Made by a program: the position numbers and the translations under genes. DNA of 53,794 bases from a virus. Taxonomy: Duplodnaviria > Caudoviricetes. The DNA lies in the IMG/VR virus record IMGVR_UViG_3300015360_000054, positions 1-53,794 of that record. One strand, 5' to 3'. Shown in pieces: positions 27,701 through 37,204 of the stretch; position 1 is the stretch's first letter, and every line of letters starts with the position of its first letter. The notes below the pieces were generated by a model, which was given only the letters and a program-made list of their open reading frames with translations, was not told where the DNA came from and ran no database searches.

Positions 27701-29938
27701 GTAAGCAATAGCGAATGCAGGAGCATGAAGTTTAACGGTGGCCGCTCCAGTACCTAGAGAACCCGCGGTACCTTGTTTAGAGACAGTAAGACTCTGTACT
27801 TTAGCAGTAGTTACTAAGTTTTCAAAGTTGATTGTATAAGTAACGGAAGCTTGGTCGGCAGTCATCGACGAGTGGTTCGCAACAGAAGCTGCGCCGCTTA
27901 CTGTAGTAATAGTACCTGGTGTAACATTAGTACCACTAGCGGTTACTTTAAATTGTCCTACCGTAGGATTTCCAGAAGTAATATGTGTCAGCTCCGTAGA
28001 ACCTAAATAGGCTTCTATAACAGTTCCCGAGCCAGCATAAGAAGATACAGAACCAGTACTTGAAGCAGGCAATGTATGCGCTTCATTTGTTACAATTACA
28101 GAATAAGCATCTTGCCCATCTAAAGATTGTCTTAAAGCAAATACACTTATGGTATCATAAGCAAGTATAGTTCCACCAGAACTTTCAGCTACTCCAAGCC
28201 AGTAAGTTTTAGCTGGAGTAAACACACTAGAAGGTAGGGCCAGTACATAAGTAGGGTCGGAAGAAGATGCTTGAACAATAGTACCTGTGACGCTAGTCTC
28301 TCTAAAGGTATAGAAGGGCGTAGAAACATTCTGGGATACTGCTTCTAGTGTAATACTAGAAGGATTAGGTGTTAATCCTGCTGTGTTATAAATAATAGAA
28401 TAGTCTGTTGCTATAAGCTGTACAGTTATAGAATCTGATCCACCAGCACCTGGGATACCTGCTAGTGCTTTAGCAAATGATTGTACCTTTTGATAGATAC
28501 TTTCTGATCCCTCAGATCGCACTGTAACATCAAATACAATGTTACCACGATTTGCGGTCATTGCAGACAAGCTGGCTACAGTAGCAGTGTTTCCGCTACC
28601 AGTTATAGCCCCTGCGGTCACGTTTTCGGTATTAAATATACTAACTTTAAAAGACGGATCACTAGCTAACGTAGCACTATAAGGTATTAAGCTATTGCCT
28701 TTATAAACGCGTACTGTGGTACCGGATCCAGTCAATAGTGGATTAGTCCCATTACTATCCGCAGGTAGTGTATGAGCTTCGTTACTTAATAGAATAGTAA
28801 TTGCATCTGTACCAGGTTGAACACCAAAACAGCTTATCTGGTCACTAGCCAATATAGGGCTTACGTTTGAGATCTCTCTAATCCTTACTTCGATAACATC
28901 TGGCATTGCATCCGCAGTAGCTCTAGGTATATATGAGTAAGTATTAGTTGTACTATTTTGTACCGAGGATCCATCTACTAAGAATTGATAGTAGACTGTA
29001 CCTTCAGTGTTAAACGCTGTAGCTGTGATAGTAGCACTAGATGGATTTGGCGTGTCCCCATTACTAGTGTAAGAGAAAGCCTGCGCACTAGTAGTAGCAG
29101 TAACAGTTTTAGCGGTATTAGAGCTAGTTGTAACCCAAGCTAAGCCATTCCAAGTATAAATGTTATTATCAAGTGAGTTGATAATAACTTGCCCCTCGTA
29201 ATCCCCAGCTAAAGGAAGCCCTGCAGATATAATAACAGGAGTTAAGTTACTGGCATTTACGGTATAATAAGGCTCAAGAGTGTAAGCGCTTCCTACGCGG
29301 CCAACTAAGCCAAGTAGTGTATCTTCTAATTGATTTGGAAGATACGTAGTAGTATATACCTCATGGGCGCGATATACTTTTACTATGCCTACTGGAGTTC
29401 CAGTAAACGCAATAGCAGTACCTTGAGGAGTAGCCGATATACCAAAAGCAGAAGATGAAGGATCTACTACGTAGTAAACCCCATCTACGGATAGTTGGTT
29501 AGGGAGTGTACCTGTAGAAGTAAATAATATTTTTTGGCCTTGAGAAAGCTGGTTAGCTCCCTGAGTATATACCAAACTACCTGCAAAGCTAACCGTAGAA
29601 GTAAACGAAGAGTTTCTATCTACGGTTATGCTGTTGCTATCAATATAAGTATTGACAGTATACCAAGTATCATCAATCTTTACTATATTACCGGACAGTG
29701 TTAAAGAAACAAATCCCCCAAGACCTGTAGCATCTCTAACTAAAGAACCGTCTACTACTGCTTTCGTAGAAAGCAATACTAGGGGTGTTACGGGTGGGTT
29801 GCTAGAAATATCATGAAGATACCTAGCGGAGCCGTCCTCTATTTCGGTGAATAGTCGGAACCCAAAGTCCTTATCAAAAGCAAGATAAGCTACTCCAGGA
29901 TTTGGTATAGATGTAAGATTGATGCTTAAAAAGCTCAT
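24734..29938 (-). CDS. Large tail fibre / host-specificity protein with tandem beta-rich repeats and a gpJ-like C-terminus
   Basis: 1734 aa, Thr/Ser/Gly-rich; repeats of the type DAxxxxLxNEAHT; ends IVEGSITA...GTLRTATTGAR.EI....I.VYD...RVRLG.W. Confidence 0.8.
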   Translation of the reverse strand: MSFLSINLTSIPNPGVAYLAFDKDFGFRLFTEIEDGSARYLHDISSNPPVTPLVLLSTKAVVDGSLVRDATGLGGFVSLTLSGNIVKIDDTWYTVNTYIDSNSITVDRNSSFTSTVSFAGSLVYTQGANQLSQGQKILFTSTGTLPNQLSVDGVYYVVDPSSSAFGISATPQGTAIAFTGTPVGIVKVYRAHEVYTTTYLPNQLEDTLLGLVGRVGSAYTLEPYYTVNASNLTPVIISAGLPLAGDYEGQVIINSLDNNIYTWNGLAWVTTSSNTAKTVTATTSAQAFSYTSNGDTPNPSSATITATAFNTEGTVYYQFLVDGSSVQNSTTNTYSYIPRATADAMPDVIEVRIREISNVSPILASDQISCFGVQPGTDAITILLSNEAHTLPADSNGTNPLLTGSGTTVRVYKGNSLIPYSATLASDPSFKVSIFNTENVTAGAITGSGNTATVASLSAMTANRGNIVFDVTVRSEGSESIYQKVQSFAKALAGIPGAGGSDSITVQLIATDYSIIYNTAGLTPNPSSITLEAVSQNVSTPFYTFRETSVTGTIVQASSSDPTYVLALPSSVFTPAKTYWLGVAESSGGTILAYDTISVFALRQSLDGQDAYSVIVTNEAHTLPASSTGSVSSYAGSGTVIEAYLGSTELTHITSGNPTVGQFKVTASGTNVTPGTITTVSGAASVANHSSMTADQASVTYTINFENLVTTAKVQSLTVSKQGTAGSLGTGAATVKLHAPAFAIAYTAEGTTPNPSGTLTLTANAQNVADPWFMFTALPTITGFDETSFTDGTGTTDTKAFTIPTTYFGTPYKLRVGVSDGNQSELAFDTINVYGIRPGDDAIVGFLTNESHTVATAFDGTGATYTTAGGTFVIFDGVTNVTTLSVFAITGGTDGGASWTKVQNGLTFTINETTGVYSLSGASWTSDAESFTVTAVRAGVTITKTYSVSKSKAGQPVTQYYVTATSDVIRKNQAGVLSPSPITFSALSVTGNAAPVAYSGRFRVFKNGVLAYISAANESSYAYTPTTPATVIEVKVELYLAGGVVTLLDEETIQVVLDGTDAVTVSVDNDNLSFPGPSAGFSGINFGSATSTIRAYLGSTLLSYAASGANTFSCTQTSSGVTVAIGTGSGTTFVVPVPTGMSSVTALTDITVTIRNAAAVATTQQVRITYSLARAGNDTTVYWVVASADVIKRSEANALTPASILFTAFSAAGTGTPALYSGRFRISRNGIVVYTSAANETSYSYTPATPATLADVRVELFFAGGTTTLLDEELVTVVQDGTSTYNVSLDNDNSSYPADPTGFAGITFGAATSTIRVYRGSNQLSYNTSGASTFSCTQSSTGVTVAPGAVVGGNSFVVPVPTAMSANVGFTDVVVTIRDLAGNPVTQNVRINYSLARRGLQGTNGIIGSQGLVGTVGERGSKRFFATGTSWSDATANAAVTAAGVGNKVIADEVIISGTGFSQTRTWNGSAWILVTQVIDGNLLVHGSVVSDAIAARSITTAKLAVIGQDKIINPGASFESLGDWYNSNGSGGITFIADSTSPYGSNVARFVGSSLLFPTRQVPIMPNKQYTVRWFARVVGAPVGLMWIRCREVNASGSSISDSPLLQVSPAAVGNYEGFAGTTASWVEYVGKLTTTATTAFAEIHMYVNWGATFTSGETRVAGFRLEERIPGNLIVEGSITANALAVTSLSSVSAIIGTLRTATTGARTEIKDNLIEVYDASNVRRVRLGIWS

Positions 29939-32900
29939 TATGTAATTATTCCATTTCTTATTCTAACTTGGGTACCTACTGGGGAAGTATAATCGTAGTC
30001 TTGGGGCATCTCTACCGCAGCAGCGTCTATAAGGGGAGGACGAGTAAACTGGCCGCCTCTTAATAGTTTTAGCTGAGCTGCTAGTCCTGGGGTTATACTA
30101 TCAAGTTGAACTATAACTTCAGCAACAACAGGACGAGAAACAGGTCCTTCTATGCTCCTGGATTGTAGTGAAAACGAATAAATCCCTAAAGAAGGCGTAT
30201 CTATTACGTAAGTAGTGGTAGATGCACTTAAATTAACTTCTACCTGGGCACCTTGTGGTGTTTGATATTTCAGTAAATATCCGTCTAAATTAGTTAGTTG
30301 TTCCTCTAAACCAGCCCTAAAACGAATTGGAATTCTCCAAGACAAGAATATTCTAGGAACTATAGCTGAGTTGGTGGAGTCGGAACCGCCTTGTCCTATT
30401 TGTAGCGCGGCAGTAAAGTCTCTTGGGGCCGGCATATCGCCATAACGGGGGGCATCTGTAAGGGGTTCTAACAGATAATCTTCGTTAATTAGGTCAAACT
30501 TAGCGTTAAAATGCTCTGCTGCTATTATGCCATATGAGTTTTTTTCTTCAGAGATAGATAATATTTTGTAATCTTTAGCAGAGCCTGCAATTACTTGACC
30601 CTGTGAATTCTTAGCTACTAGCGCCCATATCATTTCGTTGATGGGTGCAGCCGATAAAGCACTAAATAGGTTTAAAGTACTTTGATTTACTCCCGCAGTA
30701 TTACTAATAGCTCTTGTTTCCAAGTGTACATCTGGTGAAAATTGAAAACTTACCTGCTCCCCAGAATCATCTACTAACGTTTCAGCATCTGTTTGTGTAA
30801 ATGCTGGTAAAATATCGCCAAAATTATAATTAGTGCCGCCAATAACCGTTTGACTTTGTGTTAAATAGGTTGCAGGCCCTGGTACAACTACATGTACCTC
30901 ATAAGTTTCGCCCGAAACAATTTCTACAGGCTTATCTAGCACTATAGTTGTTGTTGTGCCGGATACAAGACGGCCTGAATATCTAACACGATGCTTATCG
31001 GCGTCTTGTACAGCAATTATATCTCCTGGTCTTAAGTAAATTGCATTTTCAGCAGTCTTAAAAGAGACAATATCCTTTTGCATCTTACCTGTGAGCATTT
31101 TCCAGCGGCCATAACGTACTGCTTGGCCTCTAGAAGTAGCCCCAAAGGCAACAACTTCATCAGTTAATATGCGATTATTAACAACAATGTCGTCAATGTC
31201 GTCTATTACTTCAATTCTTTGCTCATAAAAGTAATCTTTATCTGTATAAGTTACGGCTACCTGATTTGGACGAACTTTATTACCTGTTCCTTCGTAGCTA
31301 AAGAGACCATTTTCTATGTTTCCCTTAGTAAATGTATACACAGGCATAGCCGGTTTGTCTTGTACTCCAGTTAGTCTGCCGTCTAGCCAGTAAGGTATAG
31401 CTAGCATGGTAGTAAAGAAGTCTTTCATGACTTTATACGCTTCAGTACTTACTGTTAGGTACACATTACAGGTAAAGCGGGGCTCTAAACCACCTTCTCC
31501 ATCTGGTACTAGATCGTCTGAGTAACGAGCCATAGAATAAAGGGTATAATCGTCAATTTGATCCGAGGTGATCCAGTTACCTAGACCCCAACGTTTATTT
31601 AATAGTATTTCTCTAATAATCCAAGCAGGATTGTTACAATACGCTCTTCGGAAATTTCCATTCCAAGGTACATAAGTACTAGTTACTGTTCCGGCGGAGT
31701 TTCTAGTATAAGTAGCTACGCCATCCGCAGCTTCTTCTCTGGTTACATAATTTATTGGAACAGAAAATTCACCACCTAAGCAATGTGCGGATACTTCGGC
31801 AAAAGAACCTTGAAACTCTTGGCTATTATACTCTAATGCTAAGTAAGAACTAAATGGATAGTTTAATTTATCGCTTATAAAAGCCTGAACATAGGATAAG
31901 GTTGAATCACAAGTATGTTGAAACCCATTAACGTTAAAAGAATCTGGGGTGAGTTTTAATATTCTAACTCTAAAATCGTCAAATGGCTTAAGCTCATCGA
32001 CTGAGAATCTAAATTGATAATTAAAGTTAGAAGTATTGTTACTTTTTACAGTACCTGTAGTGTTCCAGCCTCGGGCCAGGTCTCCCGAAGCATGTACAAA
32101 GTATGCAGTAGCTCTAGAGGCTACTTCTGCATCGGAAGGGCCATACATAAGTTTACTTTGAAACTGGGCCGCTCCCGCTACCTTATAATCAAAATAAATT
32201 TGAAACACGCAACCAGCTGTTTCGTAAGCACTATCTTTAGCTTTGAACGCGTGTAGACCGTTAGGAAAAGCTAGATCTAAGGATATCTCATCTATCTCTG
32301 AAGGATTAGCAATATTAAGTCCTAGGGTCCCGGGCCCACTAATAATAGTCGTACCAGAAGGGGACGGAGTAGTAGGCTTAATTTTCTGCGCAATATTTTT
32401 GTCCCCCCAAAAACTTTTTAACTTAGCATTATGAATAGATACAGTACCCCCCGCCCCATTTGGTATAGAGGTTACTTGAAGTAATGGCGCATTTATTTGT
32501 ACCCCTGTAGTAGCACTAGTAAATCCGCTAGAGTTTTGCACTGGAGCCTGGTCTAAAGTACCGGGTCTAAAATGTACCTTAACATTTTTAAAATTAGTAG
32601 AAGTTGACCCGACGCCTAAGCCAACGCTACCGTTGCCCATAGTTGCTAGTACCGGAACCCAAGTTTCAACAGAAGCTGCTGGGCTATTTCGTATATCTGT
32701 TCTAGGAACTGTAGTATCAAAAGTTACGGAGTTTAATCCAAAACTGTTTGTCTCTGTAGCAAAAGTAAAGTGATCCCATGTTACTATTCCGGCGGTAACG
32801 CCAACAAAAGCATTACGGTTTAGCAAGGCTGAAGTAGTGCTAACTATTTGAATTACTTCTGCTTCTAACTCGCTGCCATTTGGCCCCGCACCCTGGATTC

Positions 32901-33273
32901 GTACTTTTTGATATAACCCACCGTCTCCTTCCGAGTTACTAGCTAGCATATCTGTAGTAAAAAATGCTGTAGTAGTAGTTAAACTATTTGACCCCTGAGC
33001 AATAGTGCCAGTTGCCAACTTAGCACCTCCCTTAAGTAAAACAGGAAATACTCCCGGTAACCCTAAAACGGCATAGCCTAGAAGTAATCCTGTTCCTGTG
33101 GAATTAACGTATACAGCAGCATCCGTACCTAAATTTGCAGCTTGCACTACATTATTAGATACTGGCGTTCTATTTAGGTACACCGAAGCTAAACCATTTT
33201 TTAATCTTATAGGACCTTCTCCTATAAGATTATAAACGATTGCCGTAGAGTTGTCGTAACGTTGGGTTGGCAT
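29938..33273 (-). CDS. Tail tip protein J-like (hub/central fibre N-terminal part)
   Basis: LIGEGPI, SVYLN.TP, W.G.F..AY.NNPAW, VPDG.GG.EPRFTCN, GATSRGQA.R.G.W, FN3-like C-terminus. Confidence 0.88.
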   Translation of the reverse strand: MPTQRYDNSTAIVYNLIGEGPIRLKNGLASVYLNRTPVSNNVVQAANLGTDAAVYVNSTGTGLLLGYAVLGLPGVFPVLLKGGAKLATGTIAQGSNSLTTTTAFFTTDMLASNSEGDGGLYQKVRIQGAGPNGSELEAEVIQIVSTTSALLNRNAFVGVTAGIVTWDHFTFATETNSFGLNSVTFDTTVPRTDIRNSPAASVETWVPVLATMGNGSVGLGVGSTSTNFKNVKVHFRPGTLDQAPVQNSSGFTSATTGVQINAPLLQVTSIPNGAGGTVSIHNAKLKSFWGDKNIAQKIKPTTPSPSGTTIISGPGTLGLNIANPSEIDEISLDLAFPNGLHAFKAKDSAYETAGCVFQIYFDYKVAGAAQFQSKLMYGPSDAEVASRATAYFVHASGDLARGWNTTGTVKSNNTSNFNYQFRFSVDELKPFDDFRVRILKLTPDSFNVNGFQHTCDSTLSYVQAFISDKLNYPFSSYLALEYNSQEFQGSFAEVSAHCLGGEFSVPINYVTREEAADGVATYTRNSAGTVTSTYVPWNGNFRRAYCNNPAWIIREILLNKRWGLGNWITSDQIDDYTLYSMARYSDDLVPDGEGGLEPRFTCNVYLTVSTEAYKVMKDFFTTMLAIPYWLDGRLTGVQDKPAMPVYTFTKGNIENGLFSYEGTGNKVRPNQVAVTYTDKDYFYEQRIEVIDDIDDIVVNNRILTDEVVAFGATSRGQAVRYGRWKMLTGKMQKDIVSFKTAENAIYLRPGDIIAVQDADKHRVRYSGRLVSGTTTTIVLDKPVEIVSGETYEVHVVVPGPATYLTQSQTVIGGTNYNFGDILPAFTQTDAETLVDDSGEQVSFQFSPDVHLETRAISNTAGVNQSTLNLFSALSAAPINEMIWALVAKNSQGQVIAGSAKDYKILSISEEKNSYGIIAAEHFNAKFDLINEDYLLEPLTDAPRYGDMPAPRDFTAALQIGQGGSDSTNSAIVPRIFLSWRIPIRFRAGLEEQLTNLDGYLLKYQTPQGAQVEVNLSASTTTYVIDTPSLGIYSFSLQSRSIEGPVSRPVVAEVIVQLDSITPGLAAQLKLLRGGQFTRPPLIDAAAVEMPQDYDYTSPVGTQVRIRNGIIT

Positions 33274-33276
33274 TAT

Positions 33277-33684
33277 TTATGCGTTTCCATCTGTAAGGGT
33301 AAAGGAAGTAACTGTAACTGTTCCTCCGCTAGCGATTGAAGTGTTGTTTAAAGTCATGTCACCGCCACCGCCGGTAGCTGTAATGTTTCCCTGAATGTGC
33401 TGAGTAGTACCGTTGCTTGCATATACTCGGAAGTGGCCTGCAGTTCCTGTAGCATCAGCTGAGGTATCCGTCCAAGACCCTGATAAAGCTTTAGTACCTG
33501 AAGCTGCTGCTGCCATCCAATCGGATGGTAAAGTCAGAGATGCTAGAACAGTTCCAGTGTCTGCATCGGTAATGTTTGTGGGCACCGTGCCACTACGTAT
33601 TCTTAATACAGCAGTAGTTCCTACGGCTGTTTCAACTGCGTCTAGTCGTGCGTTTCTAACGGCTACTGACATTTTGATAGGCAT
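33277..33684 (-). CDS. Putative small virion structural protein
   Basis: AAGGAG SD; RNARLD, ADATGTAGHFR, V.VTSFT motifs resembling small phage structural proteins. Confidence 0.65.
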   Translation of the reverse strand: MPIKMSVAVRNARLDAVETAVGTTAVLRIRSGTVPTNITDADTGTVLASLTLPSDWMAAAASGTKALSGSWTDTSADATGTAGHFRVYASNGTTQHIQGNITATGGGGDMTLNNTSIASGGTVTVTSFTLTDGNA

Positions 33685-33891
33685 ATTTTATTTCTCCTTA
33701 ATTGATTTCCTACTAAAAATTATATTAAGTAGGGATACTTTAATTATTACAGAAGCTACTTGCTTCAGTACCGGCCGAGGCAATAGCCCGGCTATAAACA
33801 TTGGTGATGCCGGCATCTAGAACTAGACGGTGCCAACAATGGTTGCCCCTAGCCCCTCTAGCGTAATAGCCAAGTCTCCAGCTATTTCATT

Positions 33892-35091
33892 CTAGGCAGT
33901 AATGCTTCCTACTGAACTGATATCTACACTGTCTAATGTATACTCAAGAGTTCCGATATAAGGTACATCACTCTGTGCAAATATGCTAATAGCTTCTAGT
34001 GTATTAGACGCCGATCCAATTACTCCGGCTGAAGCAAAGTCTACTAGAGCCTCTAAGGAAATACCCTCTAGAGTTCTAAACATAACAGCATTAATTGGTA
34101 CAGCCCCAATAGTAACAGGTTCAAAATTGTCCCAATCCACAGGCTCACTATATAAGTCTCTGAGTATGGATTGTCTATGAGCATTTAATAAATTAGAAGG
34201 AATTTCATGTGGTATTACGGGACTAATAAAGTGAACACCATTTTTAGGTGCAGTAGCTACCCAGGGTTTTCTATATTCATTGGCTGAGTACAATACTATA
34301 GAAGGATCGGGAGTAGTTAAGCCAGCACCTGTATAGGCATTTATAACATCATAGGATGGCTGAGTTAAAGTAGTATCATTTAGATTAGAAAATATAGTGG
34401 CTAAAACCCCACCAAAACCCCCAGATCCACCACCTACAAGATCAATGATACCACCAACTCCTGGCGCAAAGCCCCCTATGTGCCCAGCATAAGAAGATAG
34501 GCCTGGAACAATAGCAGAAGACATTGTGATGCCCCCAACAATCATTTCGCCTAGTAGTACGGGCACTGGGTTACCTGATGATACAACTTCTTGAGGGCCA
34601 TTAAACAAATAGTTCTCGTCGGCGTCAACATCCACGGAAGGATCTGGTGCCAAAAGCTGCTGGATACCTGTAATAGCTAGGTTAACTGCAGCAGTAAGGA
34701 TAACAGTGGTTATAGCCGTAACAGTAGCCCCGGTAACCGCAGCTGTTTTGGCTATAAGGGCGCCGGCCGCAGGATTCCAGAAAGCGACGGCTACAATAGC
34801 AATTGCTAGCAATATTTTAGCGCCACCAGATTTACTACCGCTAGGAATAGGTGTAATAACTATAGTATCGGCATCTAGGGGTAGGAACATTTCCTCCGCG
34901 TCAATCATAAGTTCACTACCTGATAGGATGGATAAGTCTCCACCCACATGGTAGTAGTCGATTAAATCTTGACGAAAGCCAGGATAATTTGCTTCAATAC
35001 AGGAGAATATATGGCCATAAGAGTTACCCCTTACTTCCCACTCTCTACCATATTTCTCTCCTAGGAATCCCTCTAGAATAACTCTCTTCAT
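33892..35091 (-). CDS. Tail assembly protein I-like with a long C-terminal extension
   Basis: V.L.G.LG.KYG, I.P...GSK, hydrophobic Ala-rich stretch, NYLFNG...G.PVPVL.GE..VG, followed by about 200 extra aa. Confidence 0.8.
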   Translation of the reverse strand: MKRVILEGFLGEKYGREWEVRGNSYGHIFSCIEANYPGFRQDLIDYYHVGGDLSILSGSELMIDAEEMFLPLDADTIVITPIPSGSKSGGAKILLAIAIVAVAFWNPAAGALIAKTAAVTGATVTAITTVILTAAVNLAITGIQQLLAPDPSVDVDADENYLFNGPQEVVSSGNPVPVLLGEMIVGGITMSSAIVPGLSSYAGHIGGFAPGVGGIIDLVGGGSGGFGGVLATIFSNLNDTTLTQPSYDVINAYTGAGLTTPDPSIVLYSANEYRKPWVATAPKNGVHFISPVIPHEIPSNLLNAHRQSILRDLYSEPVDWDNFEPVTIGAVPINAVMFRTLEGISLEALVDFASAGVIGSASNTLEAISIFAQSDVPYIGTLEYTLDSVDISSVGSITA

Positions 35092-35782
35092 ACCTATATA
35101 TTCCTGTTATATGCTTACCCCAAAAAGGATAAAGATTTTCTTTGCAAGATAAGCGATTTACTGCGTGATGAAAAAAGAGATCATCGTATAAGTAAACTCC
35201 CATATGGTTAGAAACTTCAGCGCCAATTTTAAATAATATAATGTCGCCGTAGAGTAGATCATCTACTTTTTTTACTGGCCAGTTTTGTACTTCTGTGCCA
35301 AAGTAGTCTTCTCCATGTTCCCACCAGTCGTCTTTCCAGTGTAGTGGCCTCATTGGCATAGCTATACCATGCACTTTAAACCAATTATGGGTAGATGTAA
35401 AACAATCCCGATACTTAAACTTATAATCTTTTCCGCATAAGTTGTTGTAGCCATCGGGGGATATAACTGCGTAACTATAGTCGCTTTGGTTAATAACCAT
35501 CCAGGGATAATTAGTAACATTGCACATAGTAATATCATGTTCACTAGGAATACAATTATCATCGTGGCCGTGAACAAGCATGTATAATACTGGCCCATAT
35601 CGACTAAACTTTAGGGCTTCTGGTATAAAGTTATCTTTAGTCTCCGAAGTGTTAATAAAAGGTATGTATTTTAACTTACCTTTTATTATACATAAGCCTC
35701 CACAAGGTTCATTGTCCTGTTGTTGGCTAAAATGAGCTTTTATATTATCTATTATATCTGCGGGAAGCTGGAAATCCTCCAT
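35045..35782 (-). CDS. Tail assembly protein K-like (MPN/JAB and NlpC/P60)
   Basis: EPCG, HGH....PSEHD, RDC, NHMGVY, FFHH. Confidence 0.88.
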   Translation of the reverse strand: MEDFQLPADIIDNIKAHFSQQQDNEPCGGLCIIKGKLKYIPFINTSETKDNFIPEALKFSRYGPVLYMLVHGHDDNCIPSEHDITMCNVTNYPWMVINQSDYSYAVISPDGYNNLCGKDYKFKYRDCFTSTHNWFKVHGIAMPMRPLHWKDDWWEHGEDYFGTEVQNWPVKKVDDLLYGDIILFKIGAEVSNHMGVYLYDDLFFHHAVNRLSCKENLYPFWGKHITGIYRYEESYSRGIPRREIW

Positions 35783-36842
35783 ACGGTAGTACCTTACTGC
35801 TATCCTGAGTTACTGATGGTATGTTACTAAATTGAACAGAAGTTGCCATGGAACCAAAACGTTGTGCACAACTTGTTAACTTTTTACCGCACACATCCGC
35901 CCTTACCCAAAAATCCCCCCCTTTTGGAATCTTATTTACATTACTTTTAAGACATCTCCAGATATGTCCATTATACAGCACATAATCGTTAAACAAGTAT
36001 CCATCTCTATATACATAGTAAGTAGTTCCACTATTATAAGTAGTATATGGTATACAGCGTCTTCCGGTAGCTCTTGTTAATTGGCCAGCAGAAGATGCGT
36101 AAGCTTGGTAATATTCTGGTCTTGACACACTACTAGTGGAACCATTTACATTTATTCTAATTTTATCTCCACTTATAGCGTATATATAATCTTTAGTAAA
36201 TGACGCAACCTGATTATGTGTAGGTGGCGATATACCCGTAATAAATAGGTTATTTCTGCTATCTAGGTAGACTGCGACCCCGTTATTATTACTAGAGATT
36301 CTCCAGGTACACCCGCCTACGCGTGAATTAGTAGTATCAGCAGCACCCCCTTGAAAAGTCCACCCACAAGTATTAGGGATAATATATCGTCCAGGTATTT
36401 TTATTCCAGCTAAGTCAAATGGAGAAGCTAGTTCAAAAGTTATGCTTAATGCATTTTCTGATTCTTTGCGGTCTATTATGTAGCTTTGAATAGGGCCTTC
36501 TGTAGGGGGGTTTTGTACTGACCCAGATATTAAATACTTATGTAAAGTTTTACGTCTAACAACTTTTACGCCAATTAAATCATTTGCTGTAACTCCTATG
36601 GTATCAGAGAATGTAGAAAGTACATTAGCTACTGTTAACTTAGGCCTAGAGTACGCACCGTCTGATTTCATTTCAATGCCGGTTAACTCTATAGGGAGAG
36701 ATAGGTAAGTTCTTAATGTATAAGGAGATTCATTATCTCTAAAAGTAACTGTACTAGCAAATGTAGTGAAGTAAGCATCGCCAATAATAAATAGCTCTAC
36801 TAACTCGCTGTCAATTCGCTGCTTATTTACATCAATAATCAT
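35745..36842 (-). CDS. Minor tail protein L-like
   Basis: PIE..G.E...G...RP.LTVAN, FELASPFD, C.W...C, D.CGK.L..C..RF, YGGFP. Confidence 0.88.
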   Translation of the reverse strand: MIIDVNKQRIDSELVELFIIGDAYFTTFASTVTFRDNESPYTLRTYLSLPIELTGIEMKSDGAYSRPKLTVANVLSTFSDTIGVTANDLIGVKVVRRKTLHKYLISGSVQNPPTEGPIQSYIIDRKESENALSITFELASPFDLAGIKIPGRYIIPNTCGWTFQGGAADTTNSRVGGCTWRISSNNNGVAVYLDSRNNLFITGISPPTHNQVASFTKDYIYAISGDKIRINVNGSTSSVSRPEYYQAYASSAGQLTRATGRRCIPYTTYNSGTTYYVYRDGYLFNDYVLYNGHIWRCLKSNVNKIPKGGDFWVRADVCGKKLTSCAQRFGSMATSVQFSNIPSVTQDSSKVLPYGGFPASRRYNR

Positions 36843-37204
36843 AAGTACATTAACTCCAATTGTATTAATATATCTGCGTATATAGCGTTAAGTTGTATTA
36901 CAGACCATGAGGTTACTATGTAGTTTTTAGCCCCTTCTGGAAATGTTAATGTAAAATTGCCGTTTTTTAAGTAAAGAAGGTAGGCATCCAAGGAAAGAGC
37001 ATCTACTAGGGGTAGTTTTTTTAGGCTTATATTTAGAGATTCATCACGTATATTTACTCCATTAGGACTATACTGATTTGCTCCAGATGGTACAGCATAG
37101 GTATGTAAGCTCAGAGTAGACGAAGCGCCTGGGTTTCTATCCACAAAATATGTAGTAGAATTGGCAGAACTCTGAAACTGAGATGGCACTATAAAATATA
37201 TCAT
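36839..37204 (-). CDS. Minor tail protein M-like (distal tail), divergent paralogue
   Basis: Q..PNG.N...ISL...LDAYL...G.F; size and position before L. Confidence 0.55.
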   Translation of the reverse strand: MIYFIVPSQFQSSANSTTYFVDRNPGASSTLSLHTYAVPSGANQYSPNGVNIRDESLNISLKKLPLVDALSLDAYLLYLKNGNFTLTFPEGAKNYIVTSWSVIQLNAIYADILIQLELMYL

